Position numbers and translations under genes: made by a program
Notes under the pieces: model-generated
Seen by the model: the letters and a program-made list of their open reading frames with translations, nothing else
The model's database searches: none
Told to the model about the DNA's origin: nothing
NCBI GenBank assembly: GCA_028023455.1
Contig: JAQFVV010000002.1
Span: 24,676,001-24,740,000 of the forward strand
Direction of reading: 5' to 3'
Origin: Epiperipatus broadwayi
Lineage: Eukaryota; Animalia; Onychophora
Length of the DNA: 64,000 bases
Shown: positions 26,397 to 38,138 of the stretch, piece after piece
Layout of the letters: every line of letters begins with the position of its first letter
How positions within the stretch are numbered: the stretch's first letter is position 1

Positions 26397-27439
26397 AAAG
26401 TAAGAATGAAAAACCACACAAAGTTATTGAAATAGTTAAGGCTTTACTTCATTAGCATTTGGAATCAATAAATATATATATATGCTTTGCGCACAGATAA
26501 TGAAGTTATTATCTAATGACTGACAAAACTAATGGGTAATGTTCTAGCTATCTAGGCAGAAAGGATTTAGCTCTGTAGTGGAATATTTAAGAGTTATTCT
26601 ATCTTTTTGTTTACTATCAACCATTGATAAATGATTACAGTTTTAAAATATTTTAAATGGTAAATACTTGACTGCAATTTTCAATTAAAATTTATTGTTA
26701 GAATATAATGCAAATTGTGTCACCTTGGCAATTTGAAATTACTATTCTAAGCAACCTATTAAAAAATTCATAAACAGGCTACTTATGGAAGTGAAATACT
26801 GATGCAAAGTTATCGATATGTAAATTGGTCTTACTTTGACAATTTCATTGCATAACAGTTTTCTCAAAATATAGCTCAACTTAATAGCAATGGTAACCAG
26901 GATTGATATTTTTTTTTTTAAATAAGAGCAAGGGACACTGTATTATAAGAATTTGTGGTGATTTGATTCCACAACTTAGCAGAAAATGGTACTTAGAATT
27001 AACTGTGAATATGCATTTTAAAAAAGGACAATTAATACATGTTCAATGTTAGTGAAACTTCATTAAAAAAGTAACCAATTACAGTTCAGACAATCTATAG
27101 AGACATAGCTGATGCTAATTCTATAGAAAACTAAAATTAACTTAATTTCAATATAATAATACCTTAATATAAAATAAAGTGCATCAGTATCTAAATATTC
27201 TACTGCCACAGCATCAAAAAAGGTGTATCACAGGAAAAAAATAGGAGTCTTTTATGATAATTTCATTTAACTTATTATCTTAAACTTAGCATTTCTTGTA
27301 TGGCAACATCATGAAAGCCACATCTGACTGCCATTATCGTGCACTCCATCTGATCTGAAGATATGAATCAATATAGTTTTCCCAGCATTGATAATTCATG
27401 CTCAAAAAATGTGAGAAAATTATACAGAATATGAGAGAA

Positions 27440-29370
27440 AATTATATGATTATTTTCACATCTTAACAAATTTTGAACATAGTTCAGATTTGAATGAAAT
27501 CAATAGGAAGATAACTAACACACTTTTAAAAACTGCAGTAACGATAACAGATATAAAAATGCAGCATTTAATCGGTATAAATTTTTATTCAGACAAAATG
27601 ATTTATAAAGATAAAAAGGAATATGAAAATTTATAAAATGATGCATTAAAAAAAATTGAATATCTAGAAGTTTGTAAAATGATACAAAAAAAGGTTAATA
27701 ATATAAGAAAATCTAATTATGAATAAGGAAGAAAAACTATAGATGAGAATAAAAGTTCAAAAATGTAAAACAACATCTTGGGTATTGGTAAGAAAATTAT
27801 TTCTGAAATAAGAAAAGATGGAACTATTACTAAAAAAGGAGATGACATCCTACCATGAATTATACAGCAATAGAGAACAAAAAAAAGTATTCCCCACAAC
27901 TACTATATCTTCTGAATTACCCAGGATTGCAAATCAAAAAGTGAGACATGCAATTAAATCTATGAAGAAAAAAAAAGCTTGGGTAATGATAAAATTATAA
28001 ACAACATCATAGAAGAAACAGGTGAAAAAATAGAAAAATTGTTGGCAAAATTATATGTCATATGTCTTAGGATGAAGATACAAGATGATTGGAAGAATAT
28101 ATTATGTAGTGATATTTAAAAAAATTGATAAAGAAGATCTTAGAAATTATAGATTTATCATCAGTCATTTATTATTTATATACAACATTTTTATCAAGAT
28201 AATTAATTACCATTCAACTATAGTAAACTTTGAATTTTAACTGACAATAAAAATAAGCTGGATTTAAGTGGCTTTAGTGCAATGGATCATATCCCAGTAT
28301 TGAGAAAAGTTATAGAAAGATCAATGAATATGAGTTGTCATTATGCTTTGGTTTGGAAGTTATAAAAAGGCATTTGATTCTATAAGCATTTCTTCGGTAA
28401 TTAAAGCATGGGATGATCAAGATATAAACCAAGGCTAATGTCACACTCTGAAAAATATTTATAAATATGCAACACCAATAATTAGATTGTATAATGATAA
28501 AGATTATCATGGGGAAGGGAGTATGACAGTGTGGCTCATATCCCAAAACTTTTTACAGCAATTTTTCAAGAAGTATTTTGTGGGCTAAAATGGGAAACTA
28601 AAGCAGCAAAAATAAATAAAGATTATTTAAATGATCTCCATTTTGCATATAATGTATAATTGTTTTTGTAAATAATGCTTCGGAGCTTTAGGAAATGTGG
28701 CAAGAGTTATCACATGAAAGTAAGAAAGTAGGACTAAAGGTAAATAATAAAAAGACTAAAATAATGTTCAATGGATTTTTTCAAAATAAGAAAATATAGA
28801 GTGATAATGATAAATTAGATGAAAACATAATGGATGAAATTAATCATAGAATTAAACTTGATTGGCATGATTTTGGTAGAAATAACTTTATCTTAAAAGA
28901 AAATATGCCAATGTGTTAGAAAAGGAAGATTTTTAATAAATGTGCTTTAACAATTCTTAAATTATGGATCTGAGACTTGAATATAACAGAAGAGCAATAC
29001 AGATATCAGCCTACTCAACAAAATACGGAGAGATGTTTGATAGGAATAACAAGAAGAGTTTGAAAATGAAATACATAGGTGAAAGAACAAAAAGATGTTA
29101 CTGACATCATTGAAGGAATTAAAAGACTGAAGTGGAGCTGGCTTGGACATATTGCTAGAACAGATGACAATAGATGGATAGTTGAAATCTTAAACTGGAT
29201 TCCAAGAGATTGTCAAAGACCTAGAAAGAGACTACAAGAGACATAGATGGATGAAATAATTAAGTGTGCTGTGGTGACATGGAGAAAAAAGGCTAGAGGT
29301 CAGAGAAACTAGATTGAATTTGGAGAAACCATCTTACAATAGATCAATGATGGTAAAAATAATGATGGTA
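27440..29370 (+). mobile_element. Degraded RTE-clade LINE
   Basis: Frameshifted RT-region motifs (KEDLRNYR.., KSIRSYKKAFDSIS-like, LKWSWLGHIAR-like) and a 3' end homologous to 12109-12494. Confidence 0.8.
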
Positions 29371-29699
29371 ACATCATATCAGTTATAAAAAATCTCCCAC
29401 AAATTAAAATCTTTTGTCTCATTTCTCTATAGTTTTATGATTATAAGTATAATGTTCATTAAAAATTAAAGAAATATAAAATATATATTAAAGCACCAGA
29501 AATGGATGTTTCATTTGTGACCATAGGCATAAAATATTATTACACTACCACGCTCATTCTTAGCAAAAAAGGAAAATGTAATATAGAAGTACTAGTTAGT
29601 AATTTAATAGTACAGATTGGGAAAAGAAATTCAATGACAAGTGCATAGACTGTCATTTTTACTTTTATTTAAATTGTTTTTGCTTTTGAAAAATTCCAT

Positions 29700-29890
29700 A
29701 GCCACTCTATTTAAGTTAGATAGCTGGATTGGAAGACATATGGATGTCTGAAAATTTCAGATTTTCTACTTAATAGTTATACATTAGGTAAGTGCTGGGC
29801 TTGTCCTGGTATTTTTAATCTAATGCTTAAATATCCTAGCATCTCACTGACGATGCTAGTAGCAAGAACCGATCTGGGATTGGTGATATA
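29700..29890 (+). repeat. Family Z' repeat with hammerhead at 29841-29880
   Basis: ATCTCA CTGACGA TGCT-AGT-AGCA AGAA CCG ATC TGGGAT; inverted homolog at 36955-37150; upstream part related to the 50675-51720 units. Confidence 0.7.
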
Positions 29891-31063
29891 TTTTTATAAT
29901 TTTGCAAATATTTTAGCAATGTCAAAATTGTGATTTACATCTAAAAAACATGGTGTGAAAATAAGTGTAACTGACCTCTAATGGAATATTTACATGTACT
30001 GCCTAAATTCTTATATTTATGCATCTATTTGTTTGACTCTTGTAGTTTATAGGGCAAAAATAACACTAAAATTTCATAGACAACTTAATATTATATATGT
30101 GTCAATCTCTTCAAGTTTTTGTAAAAAAAAAAAATTATTTGTGAAAAGCAATTCCTTCATGTTAAATTTAAAAAAGATATCTGCAAATCTGACCAGTGAT
30201 CTTTTGATAAAATCAACTAAACATCATATACCTCCAGCTTATGTAATGCTATTTAATAGCACTCTTTAATACATGGAAGAATCAATAGCTCTATTTTCTG
30301 AAATGATAGTTTTTGCTGTATTCATTTTCACACTTTTCTATATTATTATTACAGTATATAGGAAAAATGCCATCAAAACTCACAATTTTGAAGCATCTAT
30401 TTTTCAAGTACTTCTAGACCAATAAATCAAAAGATTGAATTTATAAAAAAAAAATCAGGTAAAAAATATTTTTAGCTGTATGATGTATGAATATGTGTAA
30501 TATATGTTACTTAATAACTCGACAAATATTGCACTGATCTTAATAAATGTAACATGTTTTTCTTTCTTCTTTTTTTTTTTTTGGAGAATTATATAGGCTG
30601 TGGATTTTTGCTTAATGATACTTAATTGTTTGAAAAATTTGGGTATTTTGTAATACGTGTTGAAATCTTAACCATTTTCAAATGATTTCATAAAAATGCA
30701 AAAAGAGGGCAGCATTGATTAAAAGATTGCAGATAGAAAATTTTTTAAATGGGTACAAAGTGTGTTGCGGCTTGTGCATTCAAATATATACTACAGAAAT
30801 GCAGGGAATTGTGCATTTGGTAAAAGTAAAATTTGATATCCTAAATATATTTTAAATTAATTAAATTTAATTTGTACCACATATTTAATTTTGATTTGAA
30901 GTGAAGCATACTATGATGTTAAAATTTCACATGACATGAGAAATATATTTAAACTAATATTCTAAAACTTGATCAAATTTAGTAGTATATCTGATCATAA
31001 ACAGATATACTTTTTGTGATACTGCAGTTGATAATTTATGTATTATTTCATTTAAATAATACA

Positions 31064-31205
31064 AAAATATATATGCCATGCAAACAGCTACATATTGTAT
31101 AATATTCTTTCCTTCCACTAACATGTAAACAAAATATATACGCCATGCAAACAGCTACATATTGTATAATATTCTTTCCTTCCACTAACATGTAAACAAA
31201 ATATA
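31064..31205. repeat. 67-bp tandem duplication inside an older local duplication (~30860-31070 / ~31310-31520)
   Basis: gccatgcaaacagctac... recurs at 31075 and 31142. Confidence 0.9.
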
Positions 31206-31827
31206 TTATGGGTGGCATATTAAAATATATACTACTGAAATGGAGAGAATTAGTTTTCTGGTAAAGTGAAATAAAATTTAATTTCATAAAATACATTTTA
31301 AATCAAGTAAATTCATTTGTACCACAAATTTCCTACTTGCAGGTGAAGCTTATAATTCCATAGTCATTTTTAAAAATTAATTTATCACATGAGAAATATA
31401 TTTAAACTAAAATCCTAAAAGTTGATCAACTTCAGTTGTAAAACTGATCGTTACTCTATTGATAATTCAAGTATTATTATTTCATGTAAATAATGCTTAA
31501 ATTTACAAGCAGAGAGAATAAATAAATATTGCATTATATTCCTTGATCATAATTAATATGTAAAATTTCTACTTTATTTATATATATCCCCCTATATATC
31601 CATCTCTCCTTATTAAGCAGTGTAGAATAAACCATTCTAAGTAGTAAATAAAATATTTTATCTTACAATATTTTCTTTTCAGACATCATTGATACAGATA
31701 TTCTTTAAATTGGTCATGTGATGTTTTTAGAGGTTGGGAGTTAAAAAGTCATAAATTACAAAAAGGTGATCATAATAATAAGCCAGCACATAAAATAAGA
31801 GTTTTATGAACATGATATTGAATTAAA

Positions 31828-32190
31828 CGAGGCAAAATTCTCACCATACAGTAACGCCACCCTGCGCAAACCAGAGTAATCAATGGATGCCAGAAGGCTT
31901 GTGCATAAAATCCCTATCTAGTGCCTACTCATCCAAAATCCCCAGACTAATTTCTGGCTTGTGGCCTTCGTCAATGAAAAGCCTTGTATCTGAGAGCACT
32001 GCGCCTAGCTCTTACAATTTAACGCAACCCTCCAGCAGCCACCTTTTAACTCTACTTAACTACAAAACTATGAGAATGAAATTGAAAATATGATATTTTC
32101 AATCTAAACTCAATAGGCACTACTGTATGGAGAAAGTTTTGCCTCATTTAATAATAATTATGTGCTAGTATAAGAGATAGTGATCATGTG
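31828..32190 (+). mobile_element. Family Y fold-back element with 44-nt tail and 16-bp TSD
   Basis: Long inverted arm from 31828, short forward arm 32116-32146, tail ending GTGATCATGTG; atgatattgaattaaa at 31812-31827 and 32191-32206. Confidence 0.85.
31940..31978 (-). ncRNA. Hammerhead ribozyme (family Y), C3-to-U
   Basis: Minus strand: TTCA TTGACGA A GGC-CACAA-GCC A GAAA TTAG TC TGGGG. Confidence 0.65.
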
Positions 32191-32685
32191 ATGATATTGA
32201 ATTAAAAATATAGATAATAATTTGGCAGATACACTAAATAATAATAGTAGTTGCAAGAATAATATTTTTTATTTATTTAATAAAAAAAAAAAACAACTAA
32301 TAAAAAATAATAATAAAAACTTCACACAAGAAAAATCTAAAGCAAGGAGTTTAAAATACATCAGATAAAATATTAAACATAGTATAAGAGTAAAAAAATA
32401 AAAACATGTAAAACATTATTTAGTATAATACAAACTATGAAATACACATTTTTTAAAAAATCAAATAACCAGCGTTGATTAAATAAAAAAGCGTTCTTGC
32501 ACAAACATATTAAATAACTTGTGGTCATTATAACCAATAGATAATTGATCATACGGAAATTTTGAAGAACTTCAATGTGGTCAATTGAAATTTAGTAAGT
32601 GATGATGATAGTGATGACGATAATGATCATTCAATTTTGTTTTATTTAAAGCCCAAAACCACGTCTAATAATACTTTTTTGTCAA

Positions 32686-32749
32686 GCGTTGGTGGCTGAG
32701 TGGTTAGCACAGTTGCCTTACAAACAGTTGTCCCGGGCCGACATGAAAA
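32686..32749 (+). repeat. tRNA-Gly(TCC)-derived repeat, internally deleted, anticodon position TAC
   Basis: GCGTTGGTGGCTGAGTGGTTAGCACAGTTGCCTTACAAACAGTTGTCCCGGG, then jumps to the tail ACATGAAAA. Confidence 0.7.
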
Positions 32750-33321
32750 CAAATAATCATACTTCTTTTATTCAAGTCAATTTATTTAATAAAGAAATTG
32801 AAATAATAATTTACAACAAGTATATAAAAGCTCCAACAAGAATTTAAAACAATTAAGAATTAAAAATATAAATAAATACTAACAAAATGTATATATAAAT
32901 ATAGAAGTAAAAAATAATGATATAACAATGTTGACATTTACTATATAATTAGTGTCTTGAACAGTTTTTTTGAAAGCCAAATATGAAGTATTTTTCTAAA
33001 TCTAACCAATACCTATGTATAAACATATTAAACAATTTAGATCTCTAGCTGAGTGTTTACATTAAAAATCTTAGGATATAGAAAATATTTTCTATAAGAA
33101 ATGTCAAAAATTACACTATATTGATAGAAAGGAGTCAATTAAACCATGATGTTTGTGTGTATATATATCTCAGACATAACATGGATTAAGATATATCAAA
33201 AATAATATGTTAAGCTATAATTTTGTAAAACAGATAAAAAAGAACAGTTACTTTAAATAGGGATATTACAGCATAAAATAATCTAATAATAGGCAATATA
33301 AATAAAATAAAAGCTGACGTC

Positions 33322-33927
33322 TGCTGTGTCCTATGATCAGCAAGTAAATAACTGATAAAAACAGAAATTGAGATGGGAAGCTAATAATTTAATTTAAATA
33401 GTACGATTATATTTCATATATACATAGCCTACTTAAGGTGTATTAAAATAATAAAAGGTCATGGTGACCTGCCTATAATAATCCTAGTCCTGCTTTTGGA
33501 TTTACAAAGGCAAGAGTCTCTGACACGTTAATACCAGAACCTACAGACTCGGCTCTGAGGGTTTATTACCCCTCAAGACTTCTGAAGTCTTTACATACCT
33601 TACCATATATGGCATTTTCACATACACATAGTATTTTTTTACATTCCTCACCACATATGGAGTTTTATATAGTTTTCTGACCTTACAAGGTCAGCCGCGC
33701 AATTCTATGACTTAACAACATTATTACTACATTTTATGGTTACAATTATTTATATAATTGTTTACACACAATCATTATACATAATTACTGTACGTTATTA
33801 TTTTTATTGTACACAACCACTATACATAATTATTGTAAAAAGTTATTATTTTTATTCTACATAATTATTATATATTTATTGTACAACATATATATATATA
33901 CCTTGCTTGACCATGAATACTACTACA
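33322..33927 (-). repeat. 3' LTR
   Basis: Minus strand begins TGTAG directly after the PPT and ends CAGCA; roughly 80% identical to 36261-36866 with indels. Confidence 0.85.
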
Positions 33928-36032
33928 CTCCTCCCCCACTTCAGATATATGGTTCTTCATCTAACATAGTCTTCAGATGAGCAGGAGGGTTTCTGGTTTT
34001 TGCCAGTTGCTGCCGGTCTTTGCTGTGACTCGATGGTGATTTCACTGTAGCTGTCTCATTTTCAGAAGAGTTTCCAACTGTTTGCAATTCTTTTTCTTCA
34101 GGATTTTAGATCTCCAGACTGGTTGATGCTGTAGTTCTTGCTTCAATGTTGTTGCCAGTTGCTACTTCATTGTTTCCATTGTTTATGGTTGACTGATATC
34201 ATCTTCTCAGCTGATTGTTATGCTTCCACAGTTTTATGCCCTCTTCAGTTTCAATTTCTGCCAGTTGATTCACAATATTACTCATCACCAAGTCTTTTTT
34301 AATTTATTCAGTGACCAAACATAATTGCCTATTTCAAACGTTCTCCCTACCATTTACTCTCTTATTATTTCTTTGTCAAGTAGGTAACAAGATTGACAAT
34401 TTATTCTTTATTTTCCTTTGACACAAAAGTTCAGCCATGATTTGACATTCTTCATACTTTTTAATATACAGCTCAATATCTCTATTTATTCTTGGCTACT
34501 ATACATAGTTGCATGCCAAGTTTTTAGCTCTAACTATTCCTGGATGACCCTGATGTAATAATCTGAATATTCTTCTGCAACCATAGATGGGTATAAGTAC
34601 TTTGTCACCCATCAATATACAGCCTTTATTTATGGACACTCTCTCGCATACTTTCCACAGTCCTTTGTTTAAGTAGGGAGGACATCTAGTGGGCCATTTG
34701 CTCCCTAACCAAGTTTTAAGAATTCTGTAGCTAAAATCTGTGTTAGTCCCTTCTGCTGTCATTCAGCTATTAATAGTATTTGAAGCTAGCTGATCACTGT
34801 AGTTAATGCAGGTTTCTGTCCTAGGCAATTCAGCTTTATCTGGGCCACTAGATAATGCATCTGCATGTGATATATTATTACTTTGTGATTCTATATTGAT
34901 TTTCTTAATGACATGTATCTTTATTCCTAGGGTCGCAAACTATTCTCGGCCTATGATCGGGTTACTATCCCCACTCACTATATACAGTGGTAGTATTTCT
35001 TTACTCTCCTTTGTTTCTATCTTTTGTGACTCCTAATATTCTTATGGGATTTTTGTTAACATCCCAGGCTTCGAGTTTATTTTTTTCTCTACTTTTGGAG
35101 GGAATTTTAAATTCTTAATTAGATTTTCCCAATCTCTGTTTTTCATCAGTGATATCCCTGATCACTATCAATTTCCATGGTTATTGGTTTGCCGATTAAT
35201 TTTACGTTTAACATAATTTGATCAAATTCGTTTATAGTGGCACTTTTTAATAGTTACTTTCCATCACACTGCACATAAATTCTCTGCTCGGTTTCTTATG
35301 GTGGTGTCCTCTTTTGGGGATCTCAGTTATTTTCCTATAACTTTCTCTTTCTGGTATATTGCAGTCACAGACTTTGTGATGAATTTTTCCACACTGGAAA
35401 CATTGTCCACTTTAAATTTTTAAAAATTGTAGCTTGAAGTGGTTCTGGTCTCGTGAAAATTCTGAACTACCTCGCTTGGTCAAATAGTAGTTCGTAAGCT
35501 GTTTCATGTCTTATTGCTTCCTCGGACATTAGATCTTTTATTACTAATAATATCTGCCTAAACTGATCGTCTATTATCCCAGATAATAGTTGCTCGAGGA
35601 GAGCTTCCTCTAAATTTGTGCCGTAAAGGCACGCTTTTGCCATCTCTCTTAAGCCAATGTCATAATCTTTTATTTTTTCCATTTTTCCTTTGCCTTCTGA
35701 CTCTAAAATGCAATATAGCAATAAACTTGAATGGCTGGGGATTGAAATAATCATTTAGCTTTGTACCAAGCTCGTCATATTTCTATGTCTCCAGAAAATT
35801 TTCACACAGTTGGTTAGCTATTTCGATTACCCTTTGGCCTACGAAGCAAAATAATGAGGCTATTTTTACAATATTGTCGGTAATATTATTTAGTGTAAAG
35901 TAGTTTATTAGCATCTGAACATACAGTGGCCAATCACTCGCATTATCTGCATTAAACTCGCATATACTGACTTGTGATTTGCCCACCATTTTCTCTGTTA
36001 ATTCAAATCCAATTATACGATTTGCCTCAGTT

Positions 36033-36260
36033 TGCTGTTCAGGTAATTACTTAAGATTCGATTCCTACGATGACCATGTCCATCTGCTGTTCAGGCAATT
36101 ACTTAAGATTTCATTCCTGTATTGACTGCATCAATTTGCTGTTCAGGGAATTACTTTAGAGTCCATTCCTGTATTTACTGCACCAATTTGCTGAGGCTCC
36201 ATTCCTGTACCAACTGCGCCAATTTGCTGCGATTCCATCCCTGTAATGTCTGCGCTAATT
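36033..36260 (-). repeat. Tandem array of LTR-end plus PBS-like units (52, 52, 52, 36, 36 bp)
   Basis: TGCTG anchors at 36033, 36085, 36137, 36189, 36225 (TGGTG at 36261); best unit on minus reads CAGCA AAT TGGCGCAGTTGG. Confidence 0.75.
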
Positions 36261-36866
36261 TGGTGGTTCCTATGATCAGCAAGTAAATAATTGACAAAGG
36301 CAGAATTGAGATGGTAAGCTAATAATTTAATTTAAATACAAATGAAGGCATATTAAAATAATAAAAAGTCATGGTGACTTGCACATAATAACCCTAGTCC
36401 TGCTTTTGGGCTTACAGGGGCAGGAGTCTCTGACTTATATTAATACCAGAACATATAGATCTGGCTCCGGGTGTTTACATACCCGTTAAGACTTCTGGAA
36501 TCTTGACATACCTTACCATGTATAATGTTTTCATATATACATAGTATTTTTACATTCCTCACCATATATGGTGTTTTATACAGTTTTCTGACCTTATGAG
36601 GCCGGCTGTGCAACTCTATGACCAAACAACATTGCTATTTAATGATTGTTACATTGCTACATTTTATGGTTACAGTTATTTATATAATATAATTGCTTAC
36701 ACATGATCGTTATACATAATTATTGTACAATGTTATTAGTTTTATTCTATACAATCATTATACATAACTATTGTACAAAGTTATTATTTTTATTCTACAT
36801 AATCATTATACATTTATTGTACAACATACACATATATATATCCCTTGCTTAACCTTGAACACTGCA
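36261..36866 (-). repeat. 5' LTR
   Basis: Homologous to 33322-33927; minus strand begins TGCAG. Confidence 0.85.
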
Positions 36867-36954
36867 GTAGGAAAAAATTTTGCTAACTAAAAAACATACA
36901 ATGTAAGTTACATGTTATATATAGAGCTCGCAAAATAAGCTCTTAACAAGCTTT

Positions 36955-37150
36955 GCAGAATATCCCCAATCCCAGACCGGTTTCTGCTACTGGGATCCTT
37001 AGTGAGGTGCTAGGCCATTCAGGCGTTAGATTAAAAATATCGGGCAAGCCCAGAAATTTATCTAATGTATAACAACTATTAAGTAGAAAATCTGAAATTT
37101 TCAGACATCCATATGTCTTCCAATCCAGCTATCTAACTTAAATAGCCATA
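36955..37150 (-). repeat. Family Z' repeat with hammerhead at 36969-37008
   Basis: Minus strand: ACCTCA CTAAGGA TCCC-AGT-AGCA GAAA CCG GTC TGGGAT; G5 mutated; ACCGGT palindrome and GUC site intact. Confidence 0.7.
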
Positions 37151-38138
37151 TGGGACTGAACTAAGTTCAGATACACCATATATTAATAGCTTTAGCAATA
37201 TAAAATTGCCAAAGCCTTAATAACAAAAAATAAAATTACAAACAAAAAAAAAAATCAGGTCATGTGACATCTGACTTGATTTTTTTTTTTGTAATGTCAG
37301 TTACATAAAGGAGAACAAAAACATATAATACGATTTAACCAAAACAATCTGAATCAATATAAATTCCCAAATAACATTACTTATTTACAGAAAGACTATT
37401 ATCACAAGTATAGTCAAAATATATTTACTATAAAGAGTAATATTGAAAATAAAAAAATTATACATGTAAAAAAAAAAAAAAAAAACTGCCTTTTTTTATT
37501 CAGCTTTATTGATAGACAATTTATATGTCTATCATTTATTAATTAAAATGAAATCTTTGTTTTGTTTTTGTTTTTCAAGATAACTAAAATAAGCACTTCA
37601 AGATAAAACAATATCATCAGTAAAACCATCAATCTTTGAATCAGATTGCTGTAAAAATATAAATCATTAATATAAATCAAGAACTGAACACTCTTAAACT
37701 CTATGATTAATTAAAACTTTTATAAGTTTGCTATCTGCTTTTTAACTCTTAAATAATTTTCTAACTTATGATCAAAAGAACATGAAGAGCGTATGAAAAG
37801 AATATTTAGTTCAAATATTTAGAAACTGAGTCGAATGCTTTAGACAAATCTAGATATACAACCAAAAAGTCCCAAAATCATTATGTATGTAATTATAAAA
37901 AGCATCCAAGGGACTTCTACCATCAATAATAATAATAGTTCATTTTATTTACTGTGTCAAAGTTCTATTACATATTGCATTCAAATTAAATAAAAAAATA
38001 AATATAAAATAAGGCATTAATTATTATATTTTTTTAAAAAAAAAAAACAAAAAAAATGTTTCAAGTCAAGATTAAAAAAATTTTTACCAATAAAATCAAG
38101 CTTATAAGTAATACGGAAATGATAAATAAGAAAAATTT

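Larger units (their letters stand above)
33322..36866 (-). mobile_element. Gypsy-type LTR retrotransposon, non-autonomous and decayed
   Basis: LTRs 36261-36866 (5') and 33322-33927 (3'); PPT GGGGGAGGAG at 33928-33937; gag (CEFNADNASDWPLYVQMLINYF), CFQCGKIHHKVC knuckle, MEIDSD protease site, HADALS, LHQGHPGIVRAKNLA zinc finger. No TSD recognised. Confidence 0.9.

Noticed and set aside
37535-37651. Possible alternative terminal exon of POLR3A (ttttacag|QSDSKIDGFTDDIVLS*, then AATAAA)
   Set aside because: In frame and plausible, but such signals are frequent in AT-rich introns; only RNA-seq junctions could support it.
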